64,000 nt of DNA from Leidyana gryllorum EB-2025a. Its lineage: Eukaryota; Protista; Apicomplexa. The notes under the pieces were generated by a model. That model saw only the letters and a list, made by a program, of their open reading frames with translations, did not search any database and was not told the DNA's origin. Where the stretch lies: assembly GCA_048772705.1 (NCBI GenBank), contig JBLWGC010000021.1, positions 1-64,000 of the forward strand. Direction: 5' to 3'. Positions 22,724 through 37,736 of this stretch are shown here, in pieces. A program made the position numbers and the translations under genes. Numbering within the stretch: position 1 is the first letter of the stretch; the number at the start of each line of letters is the position of its first letter.

Positions 22724-23973
22724 ATGCAGCAGCAGCAATACACATCACAAGAAGGCGGCCGGGCCACAACCGAGCTTCGGATAGGCAACTCTGGTGGTTT
22801 GGGCAGCTCTGGGGGATTTCGTGTGGGAAAGAAGATTGGATGTGGGTCCTTCGGAGAGATATACATGGGAACTAACATTCGCACTGGTGAAGAGGTGGGG
22901 ATAAAGCTCGAGCATACACGAAGGCGGAACCCTCACTTACTTTACGAATGTAAATTGTACAAGATGTTGGCTGGTGGAGTGGGTATTCCGAACATCCACT
23001 GGTAGGTTCTTCGAGGGCGTGCTTCAACGATTTACGCTTATTTTTGTATGGCAGGTATGGCCATGAGGGAGAGTACATAGTGATGGTCATTGATCTGTTG
23101 GGGCCCTCCTTGGAGGATTTATTCAACTACTGTTCGCGTCGTTTCCAATTAAAAACGACGCTCATGTTGGCCGAGCAAATGTTGGATCGCATTGAATATG
23201 TTCATGGTGTGGGGATTATCCACCGGGACATTAAGCCACATAATTTCTTGACCGGCCGACGGAAGACCAGGAACGAAGAAACCGTCTTCATCATCGACTT
23301 TGGCTTAGCTAAACGGTATAGAGACAATAAAGGAAACCACATCCCTCCAAAGGAAGGCAAAAGTCTCACTGGGACAGCTCGGTACGTTCGCCACTACTGC
23401 CAACGCTCACTCCCTCTCATTGATAGGTATGTGAGTGTCAACACACATTTGGGGCTGGAACAATCCCGCCGAGATGATCTCGAAAGCTTGGGCTATGTGT
23501 TTCTGTATTTCCTTAAAGGCACCTTACCTTGGCAAGGGTTGAAGGCGACCAATAAGAAGGACAAATATGAGTTGATCATGGAGAAGAAGTCTACCACTCC
23601 TCTTGAATCTCTGTGCCGCGACTTACCAGAAGAGTTCCTGCAGTACATGAAATATTGCCAGAGCCTTCCGTAAGCGAAAATGACAACTTGGTTGTCTAAC
23701 CGACCACGCAGGTTCGAGGGCCAACCCGCATACAAAGATCTGAAGAGAAAGTTTCGAGAGCTGTTGGTAAAGGAAGGCCACATGTATGACTTTATATTCG
23801 ACTGGACATATACTGTGCTTGGGTCGAGCAGTGGGCAACGTCGGCAAGGGCAACAGCCCCCACGCGACCCGCAACAACCTGCATATCGGTTACAGCCAAT
23901 CGTCGAACGAGACCGGCCTCCTAGACAACATAAAGGAGCTGCTGAGGAGGAGTACATTGATCGCCAGTGGTAA
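22724..23973 (+). CDS. CK1: Casein kinase 1
   Basis: [80 protein letters not shown]; three introns. Confidence 0.97.
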
Positions 23974-24007
23974 TTGTCCATTTTTGAGTGCCAAAATATT
24001 AGTGCCA

Positions 24008-26123
<2,116 letters not shown>

Positions 26124-26138
26124 CACACGCGAGGAAGG

Positions 26139-29100
26139 CTACTTTCTATTGCATCTATGGGTGTTCGGAACTGCAGGGACCACTTCATCGTCCTGCGATG
26201 GAGCCACCTTGAACGAGATACGCGTACGCACTTGTCCAGCAGGGGCCTTGCAGGTAATCTGGAACGTGTATCGTTTCCAGAAGTACGCTGCAATATCTTG
26301 TGTAGCGTCTTTTTCTCCAGCATTTCGAGACATCTCGGGGATCTTTCCCATAATGGTTCCTGTAACCACATATAAACCCCACGCAGGCAGGAACACACAC
26401 GCGTGTGTATGGAGGAGACGCACCTGTGCTCATCGAGAATATGAGGCCGAAAACACTTGGGAGTGGTGGAGAGATCCACCATCGGAGAGTGCCAATATCT
26501 ACCCGCCCGATGACAACGGGTTCAAGACGAACAAGCTCCCCCGGCCGGAATGTCATTTGATCTTTGACATCCGACGCAGACGTCCGTAGCAGGAAGTAGC
26601 GAATCTGCAGAGGTTTAGCTCCGACCAATGCCTTGCCGACTTGTTCCTTTTCGGCTCCCAGCTTTCTGTCTAGATTCGCTTGTTGTCGTTCTTGGTCATC
26701 AAACATCATCTCGAAGTTGTCACCCAACAGAGTAGCCATTTTCTGGCGAAGTTCCCGTTCGACTGCCTTTGGATCCTTCTGAGCTCCACTCTGAAGGGAC
26801 ACGGCACCTCCAACAGCGACCAGTGCTTGAAGAATTGAGCCTGTGCTGCCAGAGGTGGCAGAGAAGGATCTGAAAGTCAGACCAACAAAGACGAAGAAGA
26901 TGACGCAGTAGAAGAGGGTGATACCCAATACTCGAAGTTGGCGACCCGTTGAGCAGCCCAAGCCATCGATGACCAACAGTGGGATGAAGTGGCTGAACAA
27001 GATTCGGAATCCGGACAAGAGCTCGCGCATATCCAAGCTCATGTCGTGATTGGTATCCATCAGAGCGAACATACGACGAATGGCACTGGGAGGCATGTTG
27101 ACCTTCATGTTTGTGACTACTTGTTCCAAGGCCGCGTATGCCATTCCTGCGCAACAAGAGGCAATATCAATTATTCGATGATCATCAAGCAGACTACTTA
27201 CCTTCGCCTTGTAGCGTAGAGAAGATGAGTTCCAACGCCTTTGGTTTCAACAGATAGTAATCATTGAGGAACTCTTCCCCACAGGAATCGATCGCCGTCG
27301 TGAGGTCTGACTGGGAGACAGTGAGCTCCACGTTCACAAAGAGGAGTGCGCTGATGCACTCAGGCCACAAGCCCGACATCAGCAACTTGGGGAGGCGTCG
27401 AGCAACTTGATTGATGCCGACGATTTTGCCCTGATAAGGATCCATGCAGGACGGGTCTGTGTCTACCGAAATGATGACACGTCCGTCGCGTTCGAGTTTG
27501 AAGCCAACATAGTGGGTCACGTCCAGCATGCCTTTTGGCAGGTTGGCCCAGAGAGCTCTGGCACCCTCGATAGGCACTGTGACGCCGATATTGGCGAGAA
27601 ACTTGACAAAGAATGGGAAGGTTATACAGCCGCTGTATGTTTCTAGCCCTGCGATTCCGTCGGTCGATGTCCAAGGGACTCCATTGGGGGTTCGGGGTTG
27701 CATGATGATTTTGGCCAACTCGCCTGCGACGATATCAACAGCTAAGCTCTGTTGCAAATCTTGGCCGAGCTGACTGCAGATCAGTGTCCACAGTAGATGG
27801 GAGTGAGTTTGTGAGACACTGAGTCTCAGTCTCATGGCAGCTTCATGGAACATTTGGAAAGTGACGAATCGCGATTCCTTTCTGTGTACCCCTGAGCCAC
27901 AGCTGACCAAGTCATCTGCGAGTGGGAGGCGGGGCGACGTGTGGAGTCGATAAGTGGCGCTTCCCGGCGCGGAGACACCGCGTGCTGATTGATTGTGGTG
28001 GTTTTTGTCGGCGGGGGAGAGGACTTCACAGACACTTCGGGTAAACTCGATCATTTGACTCTTCGAGAGGAAGTGTGAGTTTCCAGCTGTCAGTCTGGAG
28101 AACGTCATAGCGAGATTTTCGTTGAGTGTGGAGTCCATATAATAGAATGTCCAGTCGAGCAGATCCACGGTGCTTTCGGTGCTCGCACGCATTGCCAAGT
28201 GGTTGGTGATGCCGGCTGTGATGCCGAAGCCCATGAAGGCATCGTGGAGATCTTCAGTGCCAGTAGGTGCCTCGAGGCCGAGTTCCTGGAGACAGACGGT
28301 GGCGGCGGCAAAGTTCATTTGATTGTCGGTGAGGAGGAGAATAGCCTCATCAGCGAGATGGAGAGGTAAGAAGTCTGAGAGAGAGAGAGCGAGTGATCGA
28401 TGGTGAGTTGAGAGTGAACGTGGAAGACTTACGAGTGGAGCCGTTGAGCTGTTCGAATACACTGCGAACTTTGACCATATTGCTGCTTTCCAAGACTCGT
28501 TGAAGATAGATCTCTTGGAGATGGGCTTGGGCGATGTCAAGGGGTAGATGCGGGTTGGAGGGTACGGGTTCGGCAGCGGCCAAGTCTGGTTCGACTCCGG
28601 GGAGAGCTTCGACTTGGAGATTGACTCCGAGGAGTTTGATTAGGAGGACAAAGGCGTTGAGCCAAAGATAGTTTTCTGATATCCTCTCAACTATGGTGAT
28701 GGCGTCATCGGGCATCATGTGACGGCTGCCGACAACTTCTTCGACCATTGCCATTATAAAGTCCTCACAATAGACAGAGGTGGGAAGCAATAATCCGACT
28801 GAGGGACCGTTGAGAGTGATTTGGAATCCTGCGGTGGAGAGAATGTCATAGGTGGAGCGGTTGAGTTGATATATGGAGAGTGTGTTGGGTTGGACTTTGG
28901 TCTGGCAGTCCTGAGGGGACAACAGCCCTGACTGTTTGAGGATATATGTGACGACTGCGACTTGGAATATCCGTTCGCCCGCGCCGGCCCGATGGGTTAT
29001 GGAGCAGAGGCTCCGGAGATCCTCGTCTCTGTTGACGCGGAAATCACTGAGATGTCTTCTGAGAGAGAATGTGGTCTTGGGTGGGAATTTGCGTATCTCC

Positions 29101-32100
29101 TGCCAGTTTGCGGGATGGACCTCATCTTTGGCCAAGTCGACGTAGGGTTTCAGAATAGCCATTGCCTTCAATTGCACCTTCTCGACAATGGTTGTATCGT
29201 AAAAGTCACTGACACTCTGTGTGAGGGACTCGAGAGTGGTCATATGGCGATGAACCTTCTCCAACTCTTTGGAAACCAAATACTCCATGGATTGGTGGAT
29301 TTGTAAAAGATGTCGGACAAATCCGTCTCTGTGTCGGTAAAAAGGGCGATGGTCAGCAGACGGGTGGCTGGCTTACTTTGTCTGATTAGAAGCGGCTTCA
29401 TACAAAGTACTGATCCAGGTAGCTGTGCTCGTGGGGGCGGTTTTGGGAGACATCAGGGGAGATGTGGAGCTCATTCCCTGCTCCGGATACCCCATGACGG
29501 CTTCGAATCCGAACACTGGGATCAGCAGCTTCCGTTGAGTGTCGAGAATCTTGTCGGCCAGCAGAGAGCGATTGCTGAGGAGGACTTGCAGTACTCTATG
29601 AGGAAACAACAGTGGTTTTTCAACTGCTCAGACGGCAATGAAGACTCACCTGGACTCCCGAGTCTCGGCTGTGCGTTTGAATATAACCATTAGTTTCCGT
29701 GCATTGATATCAGATCTGATCTCATCAAACACATCGACTTCGGGGAGGCTCTCTTGTTCCGTCGAGTCACCGTCATCCTCGTCTTTGACAACGCCTTTCT
29801 CTGACGCCCGAGACGACATTCGACTCAGTCCACTGTTGGACTCGTCCGTCGAGTCGTCAATGTCTCTCTGTAATACGTATTCGGACGCCTGGCTGTTCTC
29901 CTGGTCCAGAGAGGCACAATCGTTCGCGTCATCTAACGCGTCGCCGCCGTTGTGTAGTGACGCTCCCTGAATACTGAAACCGTCAAACTCGTCATCGTCC
30001 CCTCCGTCTGTCACTGGGAACACTTTCCGATAGTCTATGTCAACCTGATTGGCCATGTGGAGGTACACACTATACACATCGCGCGATCGACAACCTGAAA
30101 TGGACGTGTGGACAATTAATTATCGTCAAAGACAGTGCGTTGCGCTGCGCTTACCCTCGACTTCGGCTATTTCAAAGTTCAGCAATTCATCAATCGCAAA
30201 CTGAACTCCCATTGAGTCTTTGGGGCGATCGCACACCTTAACCCAACGTGAGTACTCCTCTTTGCTCCAAACACCGTCTTGATCAGCGTCAAAGTGGTCG
30301 AATATAAGCCCCACTTTCTCAACTAGAGTCAATGATGCCGGATTGGGGTACTTGGGATGTGCCACCAAAGCCAAATCAAATTCGAGAGGTGTGTCCGCTT
30401 CCAGATGCTCAAACGACCAACGGGCAAATGTGTATCCTGGAGCTGTACTCGTCACTGTGATCGAACCTCCGTGTAGCAGAGCTGTCTCGCCCGGATCCAG
30501 TAGCGTTGCACACCGCTCTCCTCGAGCCATCGCTTCACTCAAAGATACCAATCGCCCTCCATTCTGGAACTCCCCGTCCAGCCCTGTCACCAAAGCAAAT
30601 CGGGTCACTGTGAACTTTGAATCCGATGGAGCCACAATAGCTTGAATTCGCCACTTCACTTCGTGCTGTGTCCACAGGCCAGAGGTCATCGGTACAAAGC
30701 ACTCTGTTCTTACCGCCGGTGGTCTTGTAGCACCCATGACCGGCTCACCAACCGTCAACTGATGCTGCGTTGGAGGCTTTCCTACTGTGGCCGACAACCG
30801 TCGTTTGTGCCTTGTCCAGAGGCCCCGATCCTTCGCCAACGCTTGCCGGGCTAAGGTTGCTTGTTGACGCTCGAGATTACGTCGCCGACGAAGGTGAGCT
30901 CCAAGTCTGTCTACTTCATCGCCTGTGCTCTCTACTTCTTGCAAGCGGAAATGTTTGTCATTCTCGAACCAGTAATCCAGCGATACGCCGAGCAGTTTTG
31001 GGAAGTTCTTGGAGATGAACGCATAGATCGTCTCCTGAAAGATCGTGTGTGCGCACACAGAATGCGAGTCATGTCTCCTACCCGTGCATTCTCAAAACTC
31101 TTCGTGATTGACCATCCGACGAAGGCAATACTGCCCAGCATAACACCCGCTGCGCAGATTGGGAGTTAAGACATTGCTTGGCGTGCCAAACTTACTCGGG
31201 GCGAATTCAGCAAAGTTGACCAAACCACTGACCAGGAGCCAACAACCACTTTGAATTAAGAGCCAGATGGCAGCCAAATAGCCAAGGAACCACATAGCTG
31301 TGAGGACACGACGCAAGGGATCAACGGGATAATTGAGCCATCCACGAACATAGGGACTTAAGAAGCTGTAGAGCAGTAGAGCCCCTGTGACAGTCAATGC
31401 AAGGGCATAACCCAAAGCCATATGCAAAGGCATCTGCCAGAAAAAGGCCATTTTGTGTTGTACGAAGACAATATCAGCCACAATTGCGGGATCCGGCTCC
31501 ATGACACGACCTCTTACAAACTCCTGCATTTTGAGTATGCGTGGTGACCAGCGTTTTGGCTGGCGGACTTACCCTCATAAGCATGTTATGGAGCAGAAGC
31601 ATTCCAACGAAAGCGATGGGGAGAGCCGCGGCAGCAGGTAGTCTGGTCAAGTCGGTGCCCAGTAAGATTTGTGGCACCAACATGTAGGTGAGCCATCGTT
31701 CGCTTTCGTAGCGCTCATTGGTCAGCCCGTGTACGATATAGCTGTAAGATATTGTCGAATTGCTCGCGGTATCGCTGGTCATTGCTGCTTACTCGTCGTC
31801 CCGAGGCTCTCTACAGAGGCGGAAGAGTGATCGGAAGATACCGTTGTGTGACAGAGACCAGGGGTGCATTGGCATTTGATTATTGATACAGAAGCGAATG
31901 TCAGGACTGGCACTCCACCAGAACGGATCGTAGTCGATCGACAGATTGAGAATGATCGGAATCTTTGCACTGATCGATCTGAGCAACGAAGAAAGAAGAG
32001 TGATCTGTTTGGGGGTGGTCTCCGACACTCACTTGTATACGTCCACACGTTCTGTGTTGGCCGCTGCCGACTCAAAAATGGCGTCGTCACCCCCTTTTGG

Positions 32101-35100
32101 GCCTTTGCCGGCGCGCAGGAGGGCCTCCACTGAGAGGAGGCCCGAGTCGTCGGCTTCTGCACTGAACCCCTCGGAAGTGATACCGCCTCGGAGAGTGATG
32201 AGGCGTGAATGTGAACTGGCCACACACTGTCCGGGACAATGCACGACGTCTTTATAAAAGTGTTCGAAGGGAAGGGGGCGTCTGAGATTTTGTATAATGC
32301 GAACATTGCGATTCTCAACTTGGACTTGATGGGTTCTGAGAGTTCTTTCTGACACATGTTGCATCTCGCAGCCGGTTGTGGAGCAGAAGGCTGCGTACGC
32401 GTACTCAAACTCGCAGAGTGTGAGTGTCCTCATGATGAAGAAGAGGTTTGAGAGTGCCAATACGGGCACCGGTTTCTCTCTTGTATATGGGACATCGGTC
32501 ATGATGAGGCTGACAACTTTGAACATTTCGGTGTTATCGCTGAAGGGGACATCCACGAGCCATACGAAACTCGATGTATTGGGAATTAGAGCGCCATTCT
32601 TCAAACTCGTCAGATATCTTCTTGTGTGGGCGTCGACAACGTGGATGTAAACTTGATTGGGGGGTTCCACACCGCCCTCACCCGCGTGCCATTGCCACCG
32701 CACCAAAAAGTCACACCCTTGCAGCAGCTGAGCCCCCGCAATGTCTGTCGCAGTCTTTGTGTTACAAACGGGTTTCAATGTCTTCTTACCATCGTTAAAG
32801 TACGGAGACCACGGGTTCCGATGGGACAGCAAGTTACGCTTCTCTATCAACGGCTGTACGGGGGCGACCGGGATCACTCCCTGCAGTGCACCCCACGGTA
32901 TACCCTTTGAGTCTTGCAGTGGAAGGAACACTTGTGCCTCGCTCGCTCCACTTACAGCGGCGTGCACCAGCGTATTGACAACATCCACAGTGCTTCCCCT
33001 CGCGGTAGCGAGCCACAGTGAGGAAGCAGTGTTGGTTACGAATATATAAAAGTACGGCTGAGTCAACAACTCCATCTCCAGCACCAACTCCCCCGGCATC
33101 TCCAATACATCGTGATATATTCCTTCGTGCAGCCGAGTCAAATCGTCATGTTGCCGCCGAATACCCGTCGCTCTGCTCGCGGTTCGGCATCGAGCCAGCC
33201 TCTCTCGGAACCGATGCTCCGCCATCTTCTCCGGATGGATACTATAGAGGTGAACTTGGACGTCGATATTGCCCTCCAATCCGTTCGCCACATTGGTCGC
33301 AGTGTGAATTCGACCCATATTCGCCTGATGCTCAATTATCAAACGCAAATTCTTCAACTTCAACTGAAATGAGAACGGATTCACCGGCCGACAGTATTTG
33401 TGAATGAAATACAGCAGCGAACTCGGCCGCCGACGCTGAAACATTCCCCCTGAAATAATAGAGAGAACCGAAAATCCTCACGCACCTCCCAATCAATACA
33501 CAAACTCACAGATCAAAAGAGGCCAATCAGTCATTGACAGTGGCCGATTCAGAGTCACCGCCTCCGACCACGACGATGCCATCACCAACCGCTGCACTCG
33601 ATCACACCCAAAGATACGTACACGATATCGACGGTCCGTCCGCAGTCTCCAGTGCTGCTTGTGACCACCCAAGAGGCCTCGGTCAGCCCCAGCGCCCCAC
33701 TTGTCAGAACTGCACGGAATTCTAATCTCCTTTTGAGGACCCGATAGTGTCGATATAATCTTCACTTTCTTCAGCGGAAAGTATAACAGGATTTCATCCT
33801 TCCGCAATGAAGCCCAACTCAAAGACGCCGCAGACTGACGCTTCGCCTTCGGCGCGTCCATATCCCGCAGAATACACAAAATGTAACTGAAACGACTCAA
33901 ATCGCCACCAGAAGTCCATCGAACCACAAATCCGCACGATGTCGAATGACTAATCAGACGCGATACATTGATGTGCCATTGCTGCGATGGCGGACGGCAT
34001 ATCGCGTTATCCAAACGCCACGATGCTGTATTTGTAATAGAATCCTCCAAAACGTACCCTTCAAACACAGAAAAGTGAAGTGACTTGAGCGTATGAGTCA
34101 AAAACAGCCACGCCCCCACCAAACTGATAGCAGCGTTCAGAACAATCGCCATCGCAAACTTCCACGTGTGCTGCAAAGTCACCCGCTGCGTCAGTATCGC
34201 GTCATTGTATAACTCAAATACAATGTCGTCACTGTCAAAACGGGATCCCTCTGACCACACTGCTGTCACTCCTCCAATACGCATCGATTGTAACGCGTGC
34301 CAAAACACACGATACTCCTGTTCGTGCAGCCTATCAGTACAGTTGTCGTAACCCAGATAACTCGGTGGCAGAAAGGTTCCGATCGTCTTCTCCGGGGCCT
34401 TCCAGGGCCAAAGCATTCGACGTTCAGCCGAATACCGACAATGCCGCGTCCTGTCCAGAGTTATCACACTCTCCTTGTCGCCGTCGCCCTCATCCGAGTC
34501 GTCATCTGTATCGTAATAATCAACCGCCAACCTCCGCGAATGTTCCCTCTCGGGCAACGTTCGCTTATTTAATAATTCATACAGTGCTTCCTCTTGTTCT
34601 GCGTTCGCAGGACAGTAAAGTCCATAAATATGCAGCTGAAAACAAAAATTGAACACAATGACACATTGCCAATGGGCTGACGAGGAAGCATCACAAACAA
34701 TAATCAAATAAAACGCAATATGAAAGCTCCAAGTAATCCGGGACAAACGAGATCGAAAGCTCAAATGATGAAAAGCTCAAATGATCGAAAGCTCAAATGA
34801 TGAAAAGCTCAAATGACGGAAAGCTCAAATGATCGAAAGCTCAAATGATGGAAAGCTCAAATGATCAAAGAATCGATAGATCGAAGATCAAACAAATTAG
34901 GGGCGAAGAGGATCGCACGGCCGAGGGAAGAAGGGTCGAAGATCAAACAAATTAGGAAATATTGAACGGCCGAGGGACGATGGATCGAAATAACAAATAA
35001 TTCATGGGGCGGGGAAGAACTCCAACGATCAAATGGTAAAGGAATTCGTGGCGGAGCTTCAAAAGACGATACAATAGGGATCCAACAATACACCAGAAAT

Positions 35101-37689
35101 CTGCAATGCGCAATATGTCTCACTTTCAGAGGTAAGATTCGGGGATCCAATGCTCCGCCAGCCAGAAGAATAGTGTCAATGTTGTGCCCCAGCAACGCTG
35201 GTGTGCTCACGAATTTCCACCGTCCCGTCGGCAGGTCCGGCCCTATCATGTCCGCCAGCACGATCCAAATCGAGTTCGGGGCTTCCTTGGTCCACCTCTT
35301 GATGGACTGGACTCGGGCCAAAGACATTTCGCTTAACTGCGGCAAACCACTCTGCCTTTCTCCTGCCCACGTATTCATAAGCTGCACCAAGTCCGTATGT
35401 CAGAATACCCATCAAGAGCCAAGTGTAAAACAAGTGGCTCAGTAGCCATCCATAGAGCAGTTCGGTGGTGGTGAGGGGTTTGACATAGTTCAAATCAAAG
35501 TAGGGACGCAGTTCCTCCATGCCAGTTGCGCGCGACCAGTCCGTTTTTATCATGTTCTGAACGCCTTGCAAAGCCGCTTTGTCCGGAATAACCAGCGGGC
35601 CCAGGTTCGGGTGGTCCCAGATCATTGGCTTGGCAGTTGTGGTCGTTGGCGGCACAACACCAGGCCAGAAGATCCTTCCCAAACTGCGATCGTAGAACGA
35701 TCGGCGCAAGTGACGGGCACCTCGGCCAGAAGCAGGCACTAACACTGGTGCTGGCGCTGGCACGATATGCGTAGCAGACGCAGGAACATCAAGCAGCTCA
35801 GCATCATCGGGGGATAGAAGGTCCACAAAGTTTTCATCTGTTCCTACCGTGTCCGAAGGCAAGTCCTGTGAAATCAAATGTTCAGCAGACTTGATATAGA
35901 AAGGATTTTCGGTCAATCCGGCCTCCACAAGGATCCTACGTAGCTCTGGATCCTCTTCGAAAGGCAGTGGAGTGACCAACATATCCCAAGTTTGTTCATC
36001 ATCTTCATGTTGTTTCAATTGAATGGACCCATCCGTCTGAGCCATAACACGGGCCCAATCCTCCTCTTCCGCGGTGATAATGAGGGGTTCCTCCGTCCGT
36101 ATAGTGGCAACGGCCACTCCGCCGTCGAAGCGAACCGTCATATTCCGTGGATCAAGATCTGCGCGTAAATGTAACTATCCAAATGTGTTGAGGTGCGGGC
36201 TCGAAGTTGTTTGTTTGTAAACACGTGTCTCCCTCCATATTTATTGGGGTAACCAGGATTGATGAATGATAATCATTGCGCACGCGCGCGCACACACTCG
36301 AATGCGCACAGTGACTTACCAGGTTGTCCGGGTGGCATTTTGGTGGATACCCCGAAGTCCAGGTAGCCGTCCTTAATGGACAAGTCGATTAAAGGTGCTG
36401 TAAGGGCCTTGATGAAGACATCACCGTCACTGAAGTCGGCGACTATCGAGGTGGCTGCTCGCAGAGGGGTCATGATGAATATGTCGCTGAATTCATCTGA
36501 CAATTTATATGTCAATGTGACGGTGTCGAATATATAGTCAGGTGCCAGATGTAAACTGATTGAGCACTGCGAAAGTCAAGTCCGTCTGAGAGCAAGTTCG
36601 GGTAGCGGTAAGGACGGCCTACCCTGAACCAGAACGATAGCCATCTGCGCGTGAGGCGAATGTCATAAGTGCCGGCATCCATATCGATGTTCTGAAAGGC
36701 TGTTGTGGATTGAAATATTCGTGGTGTGGGCTGTTATTGATAGACGTACAATTAGATTCTCGAACTAGTAGACTCATAGGATAGCTGAACCATGTCATCT
36801 GTTGGAGCCAGGCGCGGAGTACGATTGAAGACTGGCCGTGATCTTCAGGGCGTAGGGGTCTCGCATATATATCACAGATTTGAGCATTGATATTGAGCTT
36901 TGCATTGGGGACGAGTGGAAATGCTTCATCGATAACGATACGTCTAACCAAGCTAATGAATAGGCGGGCGCCAAACAGCAAGAAGAGGATAACAAGGATG
37001 AGATGTTTGATTGGGGGGGTCGTCTTGGTACGGGCGAGAGCAATTCCGACATCAGCAGGGACAGTTTGTCGCTTGAAGTCCCCTCCAGCAGTTCCTGTAT
37101 CCTCTTCCCCGGGTCGACTATCACGACGGTCATGCTCTCTGCTCGATTCAGCTGCTTGACCTTGACTAATTTCATGTGGATCTTCAGATAGGCGTCGAAG
37201 ACTGGGGGCCTGTTTGGCTTGACGGCGTCTGTGATGTATTTCTTCACTGACAGATTTTGGATCTTGTGCTGCTAATTGAGGGTCATTGCTGGGAATATTG
37301 CCTCCCAATTGTCGGTTGAACGAATTCCTCTGATCTGCTGGATACCTTCTGGACGTCGAGATGATCAGACTGGACTCAGCAGCCGCTACAGTCTCAAGAT
37401 CAAAGCCATAAGTACTCAATGCACTTTGAGCCTTTTGGATGACATTCACTGGCCTGGGGGCGAGTAGACTTTTGGTAATGTCATTCAGACCCCGCGCTGT
37501 CACCGCCCTTTCCCCTTCTACCTCTAATTCTGCTTGTTGATCTTCTTCCGCTATCTTCACCGTCGGAATGGTTATGGAGATGTGGGCTGGTTTCCCTCGA
37601 CTATGAACGTTGATGTTCTCATCTGGCACGAAACTACCGTCAGCCTCCAGAGAACCCACCACACTGCTGGTGTCGCTGCGGCTCCACAT
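26139..37689 (-). CDS. Giant multi-pass membrane protein with EF-hands and several Ig/FN3-like domains (about 15 introns)
   Basis: Successive ORF blocks are each bounded by canonical GT..AG introns. EF loops DADQDGVWSKEE and DTNHDMSLDMRE; several hydrophobic TM clusters; FN3-like YRVRIFG..SSWSEAV; He_PIG-like C-terminus ISPPLPS..GLIFSMSTG|TIMGKIP..YTFQITCKAPAG. Confidence 0.7.
34755..34866. repeat. 16-bp minisatellite (gaaagctcaaatgatc/g) x7 inside a 488-nt intron
   Basis: Seven consecutive units counted directly. Confidence 0.95.
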
Positions 37690-37736
37690 GCAATCTGGGC
37701 CTCCAAAACTGATCACAAAAAAAAGGGACCTTCATC

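Noticed and set aside
28350-28540. Apparent frameshift between overlapping ORFs in the giant gene (similar cases near 35300 and 16330)
   Set aside because: Explained by canonical short GT-AG introns; no need for programmed frameshifting or pseudogene status.
34755-34866. CRISPR-like appearance of regularly spaced repeats
   Set aside because: Units are contiguous with no unique spacers, the context is a eukaryotic intron, and there are no cas genes.
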